NCBI GenBank assembly: GCA_951406725.2
Contig: OX597820.1
Location: forward strand, 91,512,001-91,576,000
Length of the DNA stretch: 64,000 nucleotides
DNA from: Octopus vulgaris
Lineage: Eukaryota
Reading direction: 5' to 3'
How positions within the stretch are numbered: position 1 is the first letter of the stretch; every line of letters starts with the position of its first letter. Position numbers and translations under genes: made by a program. Shown here in pieces: positions 25,763 through 39,097 of this stretch. The notes under the pieces were generated by a model. The model was not told the DNA's origin and did no database searches. It saw nothing but the letters and a program-made list of their open reading frames with translations.

Positions 25763-26618
25763 GATATTATATAAGGTGTGAATTATTTTTAAATTATTAA
25801 ATTTTGTTGTGTGAAACAAAACGCCACGAACTGTAAGTACAGATGCTTCGTTACAGTGGGTATTCGCTTTTGTGTCTGAGTTTTTCAAACACATTTGTTT
25901 TAGGTTAAACCGTATAGAGTATGTCGTTTGTAGTAGTGGTACTGACTATATCCAGTCAAGTTTCGAATTAAGAATTCATATAAAATCTCCTTTAAAGTTT
26001 CGTACGTGATATTTTTAATTCTTTTTCTTTTGAAAAATTAAAGAGTTGATTTCAAGTTTTCAATTTTCCATTTACACAAATGTCTAGTAGTGCAATTAAT
26101 CATCTTTAGGTTAAGAATCTTTAACTTGATGTTTGCGAACATTCACTCGACTGGCAAAATGCCACCTTGTTTCTCCGATGTAGTTCTCATTACATTGTTG
26201 GTGTGTGATGCTTTAGATGGGAGTTTCTGTTAATCACTTCATGCATTTACTATTAATTGTTTCCCATTCTTGAATCTTTTTTCGTTCCTTATTCCTTGTT
26301 CAATTTCTTTTTAACATAAGAAAGGAAATGATCAACTACGAAAGGCAAAGTATATTTTATAAGAATTTGAAATCCGAAACCAAACTGAAAATCGTCAACA
26401 CCCTTACTAAAACCAACTTTTATCCGCATCAACTTGTAACACGAGTTTAAAAGGGTGAACAACGAAAGCGATTACACATAACACAGACAATGCGAAGCAT
26501 TTTTCCCAAAGCTTCTTGGTACTATATTTTTCAAAACAAAAGGGATTTTTAAGAAAATATCTTTATAAATATTGTGATTTTATGAAGTATATTTTACCAA
26601 ACAAATATTGTGTGTGTG

Positions 26619-26706
26619 TCTGATATTATTTCAAAACCAGTCTGATATTATTTCAAAACCAGTCTGATATTATTTCAAAACCAGTCTGATATTATTTCAA
26701 AACCAG
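26619..26706. repeat. minisatellite, 4 perfect copies of 22-bp TCTGATATTATTTCAAAACCAG
   Basis: Units at 26619, 26641, 26663 and 26685 with no spacers. Confidence 0.97.
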
Positions 26707-28052
26707 CCTGTACAAACTTGCAAGTGCATTCACACAAGAAAAAGTTATAGCTATATAAACGAAATACATTTGTCTAAGAGGTCAGTGTTAAAGTAATTGT
26801 AGTTTTAAAATACCTACAGGCACTTGAACCTATTATTTACTGCGTATTAATAAATATAGAGACAACTGCTAAATTCTGTATTAGATTTAACGCAAGTTCT
26901 TTGAAAGCAAAATATATACACATTATAAAGCATTTCTAAAACCAACTGAAAATTTCCAGTATTAGTTTCTCCAGACTCTAATGGATTATTAGATATGAAG
27001 AGATGAAGTTAAAAAAAAGTAAATGGAAATTCGCTTGTTTCGATAGACGACACAACCAATGAAAGAGTCGTTCTCGTTGTGCTCATCCGTTCCAAACAGT
27101 GATGCATCTCAGATATCTTCCTTCCTTAAACATAAATTCTGAATAAACCACTATAGTGTCTTTAATATTTGAAACTATTTATAAGATAATGAAGTATACA
27201 AGCTGCATATTAATGCCCACCTTTTCCCTGCGGCAACAGAAAATAATCTTATTTCATTAACTATTATACGGATGACATGAAATATGCAGAGTTCTATCTA
27301 TCAGGTGGTCCAAAAATAATTACGGTGTTCAACCGTAAATTTTAAATTGATATATTTGTTTTCAAGATAAATAGTATTAATCTAAAACATATTAACTAGG
27401 CTTTACATATTTCTATCCACAAAACAGAATTAATATAATCGGGTACTGTAGAAGTCTATAGTCCAAGAACCATTGAATTCTTCGAAGAAGTTTTGAACAG
27501 CTGCTTATTTGTGGAAAAACATTTACAGAATGACATGAAGTTTTTTTGAGAAAGTAGAAATCGACTTGAGAGTATTCCCGCTTGTAAATTCAATGTTTCG
27601 AGCTGATTTGGGTCAATTTCTGCTAGACATTTGTCATATTCAGGAATTACTCCCTTCGTACGACAAATGCTGACCGTAAACGTTGGACTTTTTATATATA
27701 TTTGATTTCTTGGCAAAAGATTATTCGCGCGTATGAGGAATGAAGGCGAGTATCCTCTACGCCAGGCTGGGTTATTACAATTATGGTTTACTTTGAAGAT
27801 CAACCGATTGACTTCAGTCGGTCGAGCATATGGTGCCAGACGAATGAACATAATTACATACCATACAGCTTACTATGGACATTTCTGGTAGTTTGAATAC
27901 ACACACACTGACACACACACGCACGCATGCGCACACACATAGTGAATCAGGTGTGGGGTTCGTTATAATCTAGGTATTTTAATGTTCAGTAGTAGTGAGA
28001 GAGTCAAGTTCCACATGCACGTATACATACCAATTATTTAACACGATATAAG

Positions 28053-28100
<48 letters not shown>

Positions 28101-29057
28101 AATACACACACCATGCACGCGCGGGCACGCATAGGTTCAGGATCCAACACAAGTTATAGATCCAATACAAAGATGGTTCCAGGAACAGCGTTTATATAAT
28201 ATGAGAGCAAAAATAGAATTTCGGTAACATTTTTTAATAAATGACTATATTAAGTACATCGGTTACATCGAGAAAAAAAAACCTCTTTTATCAGGAGAGT
28301 TTAGGTAGGAGAAGATTCCGAGAGACTCGCTTTGCTGGATTTCGTCACTCTCCCAGGAACTGCACACTTGTACTTCAGTTAATTCTATCAATTTAAATTC
28401 CAGTTTTGCAGTATGGGCAGTACGCTCCTTCACATCCATATTTATTATCATTACTGTTACGTGCTATATCGATTTTCTATGCACTACTGGCATGCATCAG
28501 TGATGTAACAGTCACGTTATAAACTCTTATCTTTTAAATAAGAGAATCGCTTTTAAACAATAGAGTGTATACTCACATACCAGGTTTGTTAACTAATTAC
28601 AATTGCCATTGGATCTCTTTGCAATATGTACGTTCTTTAATGGCCTCGGATAATTAAGTACTACATTTATCACACGAAATCCGGAGTCTATTGGTCTTAG
28701 CTATATTTATTTACAGAGGTTTCGTGTTGTGATTATTACTTTACTAAATCGACTATTACACTGATGGGAGGTTTTCCTCAATTTTAGGAACTTCATCCAA
28801 GAAATCTATAACAAAGCTAAGATTTCGCCCAGAATGACTGATGTTTGTGTAGTGTTAGTATACAATCCACTTTTCCGAAAGCATTTGCGATATTTTGCTT
28901 TTCGGAAGATATCTTCCATAATTTCCCTCCAATCTACCATCTTCTTCTAAGACATTAAATGCACTCTGTGAAAAAAAGGAAAATAAATTTTCTAAAGATA
29001 ACATTAGTTGAAATGCCTTCCATAATTCAAAATTAACTTAACGTTCATTATTTAACG

Positions 29058-29133
<76 letters not shown>

Positions 29134-29177
29134 TCTGTTGCTGTTGCTGCTAATGCTGCTACTACTGCTGCTACTAC
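29058..29177. repeat. (CTA)n(CTG)n microsatellite
   Basis: Direct inspection. Confidence 0.95.
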
Positions 29178-30223
29178 AAACAAAAGTTGAACGATATTTG
29201 AGTGTATTACTTAATCATATACGATTTAGAAGGAAAACGGTCAGCTAAATGTAAATTGATGAAATGCTTTGTGGTTGAGAATACTTTTACACATCATTTA
29301 AATGCTGCTTTGGAAACCACTCTGGTTTCAGTTAGATATGCAGTGATTGGCTGGTATTCCAGTAAGCTACAATTGTTCAGTGATTGGTCTTCTGTTTATG
29401 CGCAAAATGACTATATCTGATGTCACGCATACACATATATAATAATGCGATATCACATATGACTGATAGTTATTGCTCGGAAGCTCAAAGCTATGAATCT
29501 CAAAGAATGCTAAATTAATAAATAGTCCCAAACCAGATAGTTTCTTTCAGTGCTTCTGTGTCCATTTTTTTAAATATAATGTTTGGATTATATTTCTTCT
29601 AAAAATTACCATTAAGCAATGCTTAAAACTATAACTGGTTCGATTCGGAGTGATAGTTTAAATGGGGGTTAAAACTTAGTATTTGTATGTAAGTATATAT
29701 TACTATATTATATTTATGATTATATACAGGAATTACGGTGACTTTCTTCTTTCGCTTCTCTTATATTTGGACGTAGTCTATCTATCTATCCATCCCTCCA
29801 TCCATCCATTTATCTATCTAGCTATTCATCTCTCTCTCAAACAGACACAACAGCATATATCAAAGGAGATTATAAACATAAATATATGTATAAGAATCCA
29901 TGTAGGTTACAACGTTTCTATATGAGCGATTTGCGATAAATTTAGTGGTGAGTCACCTAATGAGAATATGATTCCTACTAAGAGAAGACATATACGGTTT
30001 CTTCTCTCGACATTTAACTCCGTCGTTCTCCGCGAGATAACAATATAGAAAGAATGCTCATACATTCTTATATTTTTAAATACTCATTGAGGTTTTATAT
30101 TTAAATGTGTGTCTACATATATATGAATGTACATAATTAATAATATCAGGGTAATGAAGATTTTAGAAATTTTTACTACCAGTGGCCTAGCGTATAGTAA
30201 AAATAGTCAATAGACAATATATT

Positions 30224-30359
30224 ATTCATATAAAATACAGTGTACATTCAAACACATTAAGATGTTTCCATCATTGGAATCCCTTAAGCTAGAAGAAAGG
30301 ATTTCTATGATGGAAACATCTTAATGCGTTTAAATGTACACTGTATTTTATATATGAAT
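30224..30359. repeat. fold-back inverted repeat (47-bp stem with 2 mismatches); possible MITE
   Basis: 30228-30274 pairs with 30307-30353; contains TACAGTG...CACTGTA. Confidence 0.92.
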
Positions 30360-30456
30360 GTATTTATGTATGTATATCTTATATATATATATATATGTGT
30401 ATAAATGTATGTATATATGCATATATGTATGTATAATATATGTATATATATGCATA

Positions 30457-30505
<49 letters not shown>

Positions 30506-30819
30506 ATATCTGTAAATAGCAATAATATTTTGCAAGCTTAAAGCTAATAGGCGCTCACCTAGTATTGACTAAAGGAATTATTCTAATATTGGGACATAAA
30601 ATTGTGTGAATTAAGTCGTAATTTTATAAGCAATTAAAAGTAGCTGACGAGTTATAGCAACCTACCAAATTATGACTACTCAAGTAAAAAGAATTCAATA
30701 TCTCTATAAAAAGTTATGATAGTTTTGTTGCATGTATATTTCATAGTGACAGTAAGAGTTTTATATTTAAATTCGCATTCAATGTCTAATATGAATTTTT
30801 TAGAAATAATCGGAAACTA

Positions 30820-31250
30820 ACTGTCCAAGATCAGCAGTTAGTCGTGAGGAAACCAATTGATTACATCAGTTCAAGTATACAACTGGTAGTTATTTTGTCG
30901 AACTCACAATTAATAATGGCAAAGTCGATTTGGATGGAATTTCAACTTCGACCGTAAAGCCCGAATAAATGCGACTAAACATATTGTCTGGCGTACCAAG
31001 TATTCTTTCAGCTCCTCGCAGCCTTATAATAGTAATGTTATTAATATTAATAATCATAATTCATGATGATGATGAGGAGGAGGAGGAGGAAGAGGGGGAA
31101 TTAAAAATCCTTTCTACTAAACACACAGGACCTTGACATTTAGAGGAGAGGGCTAGTCGATTACATTAACTCCAGTGCTTAACTGGTACTTTATATCATC
31201 GACCCAGGAATGGTAAAAGGCAAGTCGACCTGGGCGGAATTTGAACTACA
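30820..31250 (-). mobile_element. two degenerate SINE family A copies (about 30820-31025 and 31108-31248)
   Basis: GGCAAAGTCGA...GGAATTTCAAC and GGCAAGTCGACCTGGGCGGAATTTGAACT motifs. Confidence 0.75.
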
Positions 31251-33264
31251 TACCAATATACATATGTATGTATATATGTATGTATATAGATATGTACATT
31301 GTTACATATAAATATATTTGTATGTGTGTGTGTGTGAGCGCGCGCGCGTGTGTGTGTCTGTAATTAAATACTATTGGAAAGCATGCAGTTTCAAACATTT
31401 TATATCTCGTTATATTAAAGTTATCTTTAAATCAGGAATCAGTCTTTCTAATAAACCAATCAGAATATCAAATATTTTGAAGTATAAAAAGAGAAGTGCC
31501 AACTCTCTGTAGTGATACATATTTATTATTCTTCAAATTCTTACTTTCTCGCATTTACATTATTTTCTTCCTATATATTTTTGTGAAAGTTATCCCCATT
31601 TCCATAAAAAAATACCACGAACTATATTTCCTGAATTGTTTACCGAAGTTTGAATATTATCATTTCCCTCCGGTAGTACAAATTAAATTTTCACTTTGAT
31701 CAGCAATTTATTATTACTGAAATTGAAGAGCTCTTGCGAGTTTTGTATAATTCCTTAGATATTATATATGTTAACTCAGGTGACGTGGTTTTAAGTGTTG
31801 TGTTATATATTCTTTCATACTCATTTCGAGACGATTTGTTAAAACATAAATCCCAACAAATAAAACCTTAGATAATTAAATAAGAAATAATTTGAATGAT
31901 TCATTGGTCTATACCAACATTTAGTTTTTCTATATATCATTGGGCTGATATGAGAAAAGCGCTCACTATTACAGTTATGCATACATACATACACACATCT
32001 CATTCTCTATTGGCAAGAAATATTAAAATATATCTGAATAATGTCATACATACATACATACATTTATTGAGGCGGTAAAGTTTTTTCCCCACTGAATAGT
32101 GAGACTCTTTACAAAATGATGCAAATTTCCTTTAAAACCATTGTTATTAAATGGATAGAATTAAATATTACGAGCACTCAAAACGTATCTTCCAAAACTT
32201 CTTTGCTAAATAATGCACTCTATATACAATGTCGGTAAGAATATTTAGAATTATGACGATGCATGATGTTACAGTTATATATAGAACTTAACAGAGCGTA
32301 CACCATTCAATACATTCACAGTTATTATGTTACAGTTGTTAGTTTAGCAGCTCAGATCTGGTTGTAGTGTACTATGTCTATGTTGCAGGAAAATTGCCTT
32401 ATTATATTCAAGAGGGCAATGTGTAAGTTATTGGATATTTGGGCATATTTCTGGAACTAGATCGCAAAGACATCATAACTGGCTCTTCATCCGTTATGTC
32501 ATTGTTTCTAAGGCACAGGTGAGTATCGTTAGTGCAGCCCAATTGTCAAAATAATTCCAGTATTGAGGCTGATATTCTTTTCCTATTTTTTCATCGGTGA
32601 AATGATTCTAGGACTAAATTATCCATCGAGTTCATTCTGTAGGTGCTAGCCAGCGCTTTGAAGATGATTTGGTTATTCCGAGCAATTGCATTGAGGCTCT
32701 ACGTTTGGCTTATCCATATATCTATGCGAAGCGGCGATATCTGAAAATATCTAAAATTTCTGACAGAAGATTAGCTGACCGATCGCATCTTAATAATTCT
32801 TAATTGAATTCATTCATAGTTTCTGGTCAGAGAATAGTTAATGTGAAATTCAAGTGTTTTCTACAGAAAGAAAATGAACACTAGTAGTTATTCATAACAT
32901 TAAAAAGTGCTGTAACATATATGGCTCATTGAAATTACCACCAAAAGGAAACTATTTGTTACGATATTTTTTAGTAACATTTACTAAATAGTCTTGTTGC
33001 GTCTCTGGAATTTTCCCATACATAGTAAATTTCAAGCTCCATAATTATTCTGTTAACGATCATGAACACCATCAAATCAGACACACTTTAGATATAAAAT
33101 GTTTAAATGTCCCATGTGATGAGGTATGACCTCGTTTGACAACATATTCATGTTTACGTTAATACTATAATATGGGTGAGCATTTACACAATTCTACGTT
33201 GAATTTAATATCACAATGAAAGACATTGGTTAATTTCAGTATCTGTTATTATTTACTATGTACT

Positions 33265-33925
33265 GGGTGGTGAGCTGTCAAATCGATATCAAACGAATGT
33301 AATGTTTAGTGACATTTCTTCTACTTTCACATTGCAAGTTCGAATTCCGGCGAGGTCGATATTGCCTTTTGTCCGTTCAGAGTCAGTAAAATTCTTACTT
33401 GTTGAGCAATTAGTTGGATATAGCCGACTTACATCTTCTGCTTAAAATTACTGGTCTTGTTCTAAAACTAAAAATAATTATTTATTATAAAACCAGAACA
33501 ATGAATTACCGAAATGATTAAAGAGGCATTGTGTTATTTCTTTCGGATCTATTCATATTTAACTTTAAAAGAAGTCAAATAAACTTTGCCCTTTATCATA
33601 CTGTGGTGGATTTAGTTTGGCCAAACCCTCCGACCAGATATTGGGTTTCGTTATGATAGCATGCATGTAAATTGCCTACAAATTTTAATACAAGCCCAGC
33701 ACGTTCTCGGGGAGGTCCATTACCTCGATCACGGTGCTTACAGAATTTCATGTTGGCTATTATACCAAGGACATCTGCTTTATAAGCAGATTTAAGTCAG
33801 TGTGTGTTACTATTTCCTCAATACTACCACGTTATGACGGAATTTGAACACAATCCGTAAAAACGGTAGAAATGCCGCTAGCCATTTTGACCAGCGTGCT
33901 AACGATTCCGCTACCTCACCGTCTT
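33265..33925. mobile_element. degenerate SINE family A copies (plus about 33265-33470, partial about 33520-33650, minus about 33660-33925)
   Basis: GGTGGTGAGCTG...GTTCGAATTCCGGCGAGGTCGATATTGCCTT and GGAATTTGAAC...GAAATGCCGCTA...AACGATTCCGC. Confidence 0.7.
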
Positions 33926-36136
33926 TTATGTATTAGAAACGTATCTCAGTAAAATTTTAGTAGAGGATATTTATTTAATATTTTATACGGTGTAGATAGT
34001 ATTAACTGTACACTTATGAGTTATTGTACAGATTGGACAAGTACGGTCGAATTCAGCTCCATACAAGTATAATGTTGATGACAGATTAATACCGATGCGC
34101 GTTTATATTAATCAATAAGGTCAGCTGCATTCATTGATTCCTGGAAGAGTGTCGAAAAGGTCTATCATCGTAAACATGCAGCTGGTTAAGAAAGAAAATC
34201 TAGTTGGACTGTAAGTAACTTTGTGTCCGTTAATCCAACATTAATATTCCTTATGTCAAACGTTCAGACATCTCTTGAACACAAGACCAAATTTACCAAT
34301 TCGGACGAAAACTAACGTCATTTATATTCCTACTGTCTGTTTAGTCTCCAGATTTAAACTGTGAGCTGTTAAACTTTAGCAAGACTTAATACAGTCGAAG
34401 TAATTAAATATATCAAACAGATTAATCTATCTACTAGAAAACTAAATTGATTGCGTGAACAACCAACAATAGACACTTTCTAATATCCTCCATATTAACC
34501 GGCATGAATGTTTCTTGAAAGTTTAATGAGCAAATTTATAATGCTCAAGTTTACTTTTTATAAATGAACTTTAAGCGGGAAGTATTATGTATTTTGTAAT
34601 CGCATTGGCAGACATTAAATTCCATGAATTACAAAAATAAAATATACATGGGTACGATATGTTTATATTTTTTTAATATATGTAAATGTCCTATTTACAA
34701 ATACACACATATACATAATTATTCAATATATATCTTCTACTCACATTGTTAGACATACAGATGAAATTGCCCTATCCATTTTCAAAGGTTATATAGCGAC
34801 ATACACACACTCATATCCTTTAGCAAATATAGTAATGAGTATCGGGTGGGTTTGTGTGCTGTTACATGCACTATCCCCAAAATATTCATGCCCTTCTAAA
34901 ATGCCTACATTGTAAAGAAATTTCGGAAAAACAAACTGAGAGATGCTTTAAACGAGAAATGTGAATAGTTCTATTTATGTAATCTGGGTTACACCCTTAC
35001 TCGTTAAATAAAGAATGCATTTTAAAACTGAATCTTAATGTTTTAACTACGTGTTGTCATAGAAAACACAATGCGTAGTGAAAATAAACGAATGGGGAAA
35101 GGATATATTTTGTTAAATAGTATGTAATCCTGTGAAGTGTTACCCTCTAATTAGATAACAGAAACTTCTCGAGACGCATAGAAATTGTAAAGATCTCAGA
35201 TGTTGGGTTTCAAAGGATAAGGCAGTTCTGCGATTTAATTATGACGAGTGATGTTTCGGCTATAAACAGCCTGAAGGTTTTTGACCGCAGATGTGGCCTA
35301 GTTTTCGTTACGCTGCTCAGCTTAATGCTGTGTGTTGTACAGCTTTTGTTCAAGTCGTAGATGTGACTTGCTGGCTTTGTGCCTTTTATTTTATCTATAT
35401 TAGTTTCTTTTTTTTCGGTTCACTTATGAATTAATTTCAGAGAGTTTAAAGATTCTAATAACAGTCTTAGTGTACTTACAGAATTTCCTGTCAGCTAGAC
35501 TACTCTATCTAGAGGGCGTCAGCTTCAAATGGAGGTTTAAGTTATAGCGTCCCGCGGTAGTGGGTGTCAATCAGGATCAAAATATAGGGTCTTCAAGCGC
35601 ATTCATCTCATCAGGATTTCGACATGCACTAGGGATATTCTAAAACGTAGGTAATTAGGCGGTGTCGGCATAATTCTTAAAAACAACATCTCTTATGGCT
35701 AAATTACCAGCCATATGTAATAACATGCACTTTAGCCTATTTCATTCGACTACTCATAATAGACATATTTTATATGACAACACTTTGCTAAAACACATTA
35801 AACACAGTAAACACTAAACATTAATAATATTATTTAGTTAACGGATAAAGAGACATAATCTGGACTGCATGAAAGCAATTACATTCCTTTTGTTAAAGAC
35901 GTTCCTCAAGATATTCTCGTTTTTCTTCCTGGAGTAGTTAATTTACTTATTGATTAATGATATAGTTACATTAAGTTATTCTCATACAAAATAAACAATA
36001 CTTGTTCATATATATATATATATATATGTATACCACTCTTTGTATCTACTTGTATACATACATGATTGTATGTATAAAGAAACATATTTATCTATCTACA
36101 CATATGAATGTGCGTATATATATATGTAAATATAAG

Positions 36137-36138
<2 letters not shown>

Positions 36139-36226
<88 letters not shown>
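36139..36226. repeat. (CT)n(TA)n microsatellite
   Basis: Direct inspection. Confidence 0.95.
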
Positions 36227-36227
<1 letters not shown>

Positions 36228-36344
36228 GGAGAGTTTACCAAAAAGCAAAAGACGAAGACATGTGGTGTACAAAACAAACAAATGTATTAGTATAACGCTC
36301 AGGAATAGAAAAAGTCTTTTACGTTTCGAGCCTACGCTCTTCTA
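36227..36344 (-). mobile_element. short element in (TA)n carrying the 3' half of a minimal hammerhead (Penelope-like pLTR fragment)
   Basis: Minus: TAGAAGAGC GTAG GCTC GAAA CG TA AAAG; flanked both sides by (TA)n; shares 21 nt with 50850-50870. Confidence 0.65.
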
Positions 36345-36783
36345 TATATATATATATATATATATGTATATTACAGTCTCCCTGACGTACCTGTTTGCTT
36401 GAAGTATTTAAATATATAGAAAGAGTTTGTTTTGTTTAATGGAAAGCTTCACACAATATGACATTCGTATAACTTATGAATCCTTTATATTTCGGACAAA
36501 GTACTCATTCATAGAGGAAAACAGTTAAAGAAACTTCATTGATACATCATCTGTTGCTGTAATGATAGTACCGACAGCATTAGTAAAGTTGATGAAGCAG
36601 CAGCTGCAGGAGAAGTGGCAATCGTATTGGTTATACTAACACTAGATGTAGGAAATATTGTAGCGACAGGCGTAGATGCAGCAGCAGTGGTAGTACTGTA
36701 GTGTCAGTATTTGTATTAGCTTTGACCGTGACAGTATTAATAGCAATAATAGTACGAGCATTAACAGTAATAGTCAGACTATA

Positions 36784-37025
36784 TTAACCCTAGTGTGATT
36801 GACTGCCGATAGGCGGGTCCGACTGCAGATGTAGAAGATTTTGCCGTGTTTGGTGCACTGTATTTATTATATAATATAGGCATGAGGGAATATATCCGTA
36901 TCGCTGGTGTGTTTGTTGGATAAGCGGACATGCGGAATACAGTAGGTTGGGTTGTTTTTTTTTATCGAAAGCTGTATATTATATAGCACGTGCCGACCAT
37001 CAGCAGTCATTCAATATTAGGTCAA
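36784..37025. mobile_element. old piggyBac-like MITE
   Basis: Left TTAA-CCCTAGTGTGATTGACTGCCGATAGGCGG versus reverse complement of the right end TTGA-CCTAATATTGAATGACTGCTGATGGTCGG: about 30-bp degenerate TIRs with TTAA/TCAA flanks. Confidence 0.6.
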
Positions 37026-37311
37026 ATGGTATTATAAGCAGAATGCCACTTCTGCTTTTAACGATGTTGCTACTGCTGCTGCAATAATTATTACCGTTAC
37101 CGTTTTTGAAAAATGCTGCTGTTAAAACTGCAACAGTTAGTAGCGCGACTGTAACTGCCAATACTATTCATACTAATGTTATTACTGCTGCTACAAAACT
37201 ACTACCGCTATTACTGCTGTCGCTTTGACTAATTGCGGTACTACTGCCTAAACTCTCACGGTGACAGAGACGAATCAGTAAAGTCATTTTTAACTAATAT
37301 TTCTTTAAATA

Positions 37312-37551
37312 TTTTTTTCGTTTTGGGATTTGGTTTGCAAGATTCTTTATTTGAATTCGTGTGTTAAAGCATATTCTGTTGTGTCTGGGGAGAGTCACTT
37401 TCTTTTTATGTCTTATAATGTAACACTCTCACCGGTAAAATTTCCACTAATTTCTTATTTTTACTTTCCTAAAATTTCCGTTGCTTCTTGCAACCTTTTC
37501 AATAGTCTTGACTTCTGCGGAAAGGTATTTTGCCCGAAATATAAGGAACTA

Positions 37552-37555
<4 letters not shown>
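37312..37555 (-). mobile_element. short element next to (TA)n with a variant hammerhead-like motif (37468-37506)
   Basis: Minus: CTA TTGAAAA GGTTGC AAGAA GCAACG GAAA TTT TAG; abuts (TA)n 37556-37610. Confidence 0.5.
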
Positions 37556-37614
<59 letters not shown>

Positions 37615-38698
37615 GTATGTGACACTTTGTATGTGCGCACGTGCAGCTGTGTGTGGTTTTTGTAGTGATGGTGTAAGTATTGAATATTTATGGGGTATAT
37701 GTTATGTAGTAATTGAACAATATCTGATATTGAATGCATTGTGAAATATAGAGACAAGTATTTTGAGCATCATAAAACATAACACCTATTTCACAATGAT
37801 ATCTACTCTGACTATGAAGGAACACAACACCAATTCTTTATTTTGTGAACGTATGGAAATGTTCTGAAAAGCATTTTCTCTTTACATAAACGATTTAATT
37901 GCATACATATCTAGTCCACGACGTGATTTTATATTCCATACTGCTTAAAGTTATTAATGATATTGTGGTTCAAACACGCTAGGTCCTAACTAAATTTATC
38001 TCTTTGTACTGTTCTTTTTAGTCAAACTAAATCAAACTTATCATTTTCGTCATAAAACGTTTTTAAAAATGGTTAATTTTTTGATATTGATCGATGCTCA
38101 TATCTAAGAGTTTTAAAACTTCAAATAAGATATAAGCTGTTATTTTCTGTTCATGTCTAAATGTATCTAAAAATCTAGCAACCAATAGGTTGCTAGATTT
38201 TTATGTACTTTTGGAAAATTAGATTTCAATTACAAGCTTATGGTGTTAGTTTACATGTAATTATTTTTCTTGTTTTTCGTTTTTCTGTTTTAGTGATGAC
38301 GTTTCTAATAGGGTTTATACTTCGCCATGAGAGATATAGTTCTTAGAACATGACAAAATTCCAGAAGGATATTAGTAAACATATTTCACTCTCACGACGT
38401 TTTCATGTTCATAGGATTAGCCAATATAGTGAGGGTGACACAAATTTCTTAACCACATAGTACAGTCTGCAGCTATCGTTTAGAAAATTTCATTTATGAT
38501 ATGGATTCATCTTTGCATCTGTATGAATGGCAAAGGTGCTGCTAACTGAGAACCTTAATAAATTAACCTTTCAGTAAGCGTAATTGGTCCATTTGAACGC
38601 TTCCTATAGCAAATCAAAGTCAACCGGACCACCACCATGAACACTGTCGCCATCACACAAATGCTACCACAACTAAGACCTATACTACTACTACTACT

Positions 38699-39021
38699 AT
38701 TTTTTATTTATGCGACCTTTTTCAAGCCTAACCAGGCTCATGGACCCGGTTTCCCAGTTTCTATGGCCTATGCGACCCCCCCCCCCCCCCGGTGGACGGG
38801 ACGCCAGTCTATCGCAGCGTTACTCAAGAAACAGGAAGAAAGTGTGATAGAAATTTGGGGCGAAAGAGTAAAACAGGGGTCGCCACCACCCCTGTCGGAT
38901 TCTCGTGGTGCTTTAGGTGTTTTCGCTCAATAAACACACACAGCGCCCGGTCTGGGAATCGAAACCGCGATCCTCAGATCACGAGTCCGCTGCTCTAACC
39001 ATTGGGCTATTGCGCCTCCAC
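38699..39021 (-). mobile_element. tRNA-derived SINE family C (V-SINE-like) inserted in (CTA)n
   Basis: Minus GGAGGCGCAATAGCCCAATGGTTAGAGC (A box)...GGTTTCGATTCCC (B box), then GACTGGCGTCCCGTCCA and GAAACCGGGTCCATGAGCC, ending in an A-rich tail; (CTA)n on both sides. Confidence 0.88.
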
Positions 39022-39062
39022 ACTACTACTACAACTATTGCTGCTGCTGCTGCTACTACTAT

Positions 39063-39097
<35 letters not shown>

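Noticed and set aside
26619-26706. Possible CRISPR array
   Set aside because: The repeats are contiguous with no spacers, there are no cas genes, and the context is eukaryotic.
27456-27851. 131-aa minus ORF
   Set aside because: No recognisable domain; roughly one ORF of this length is expected by chance in 64 kb at this base composition (rough estimate).
32389-32518. 130-nt in-frame candidate exon
   Set aside because: It overlaps an old dispersed repeat similar to 23240-23420 and 32660-32712, so it is not called as CDS.
35508-35522. CTCF-like TCTAGAGGGCGTC
   Set aside because: A single partial motif with no independent support.
36719-36739. Reverse complement resembles miR-8 (TAATACTGTCA...)
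   Set aside because: Only 11 nt match and there is no precursor hairpin.
38940-39021. tRNA-like sequence with A and B boxes
   Set aside because: It is a SINE head continuous with a SINE body, not a tRNA gene.
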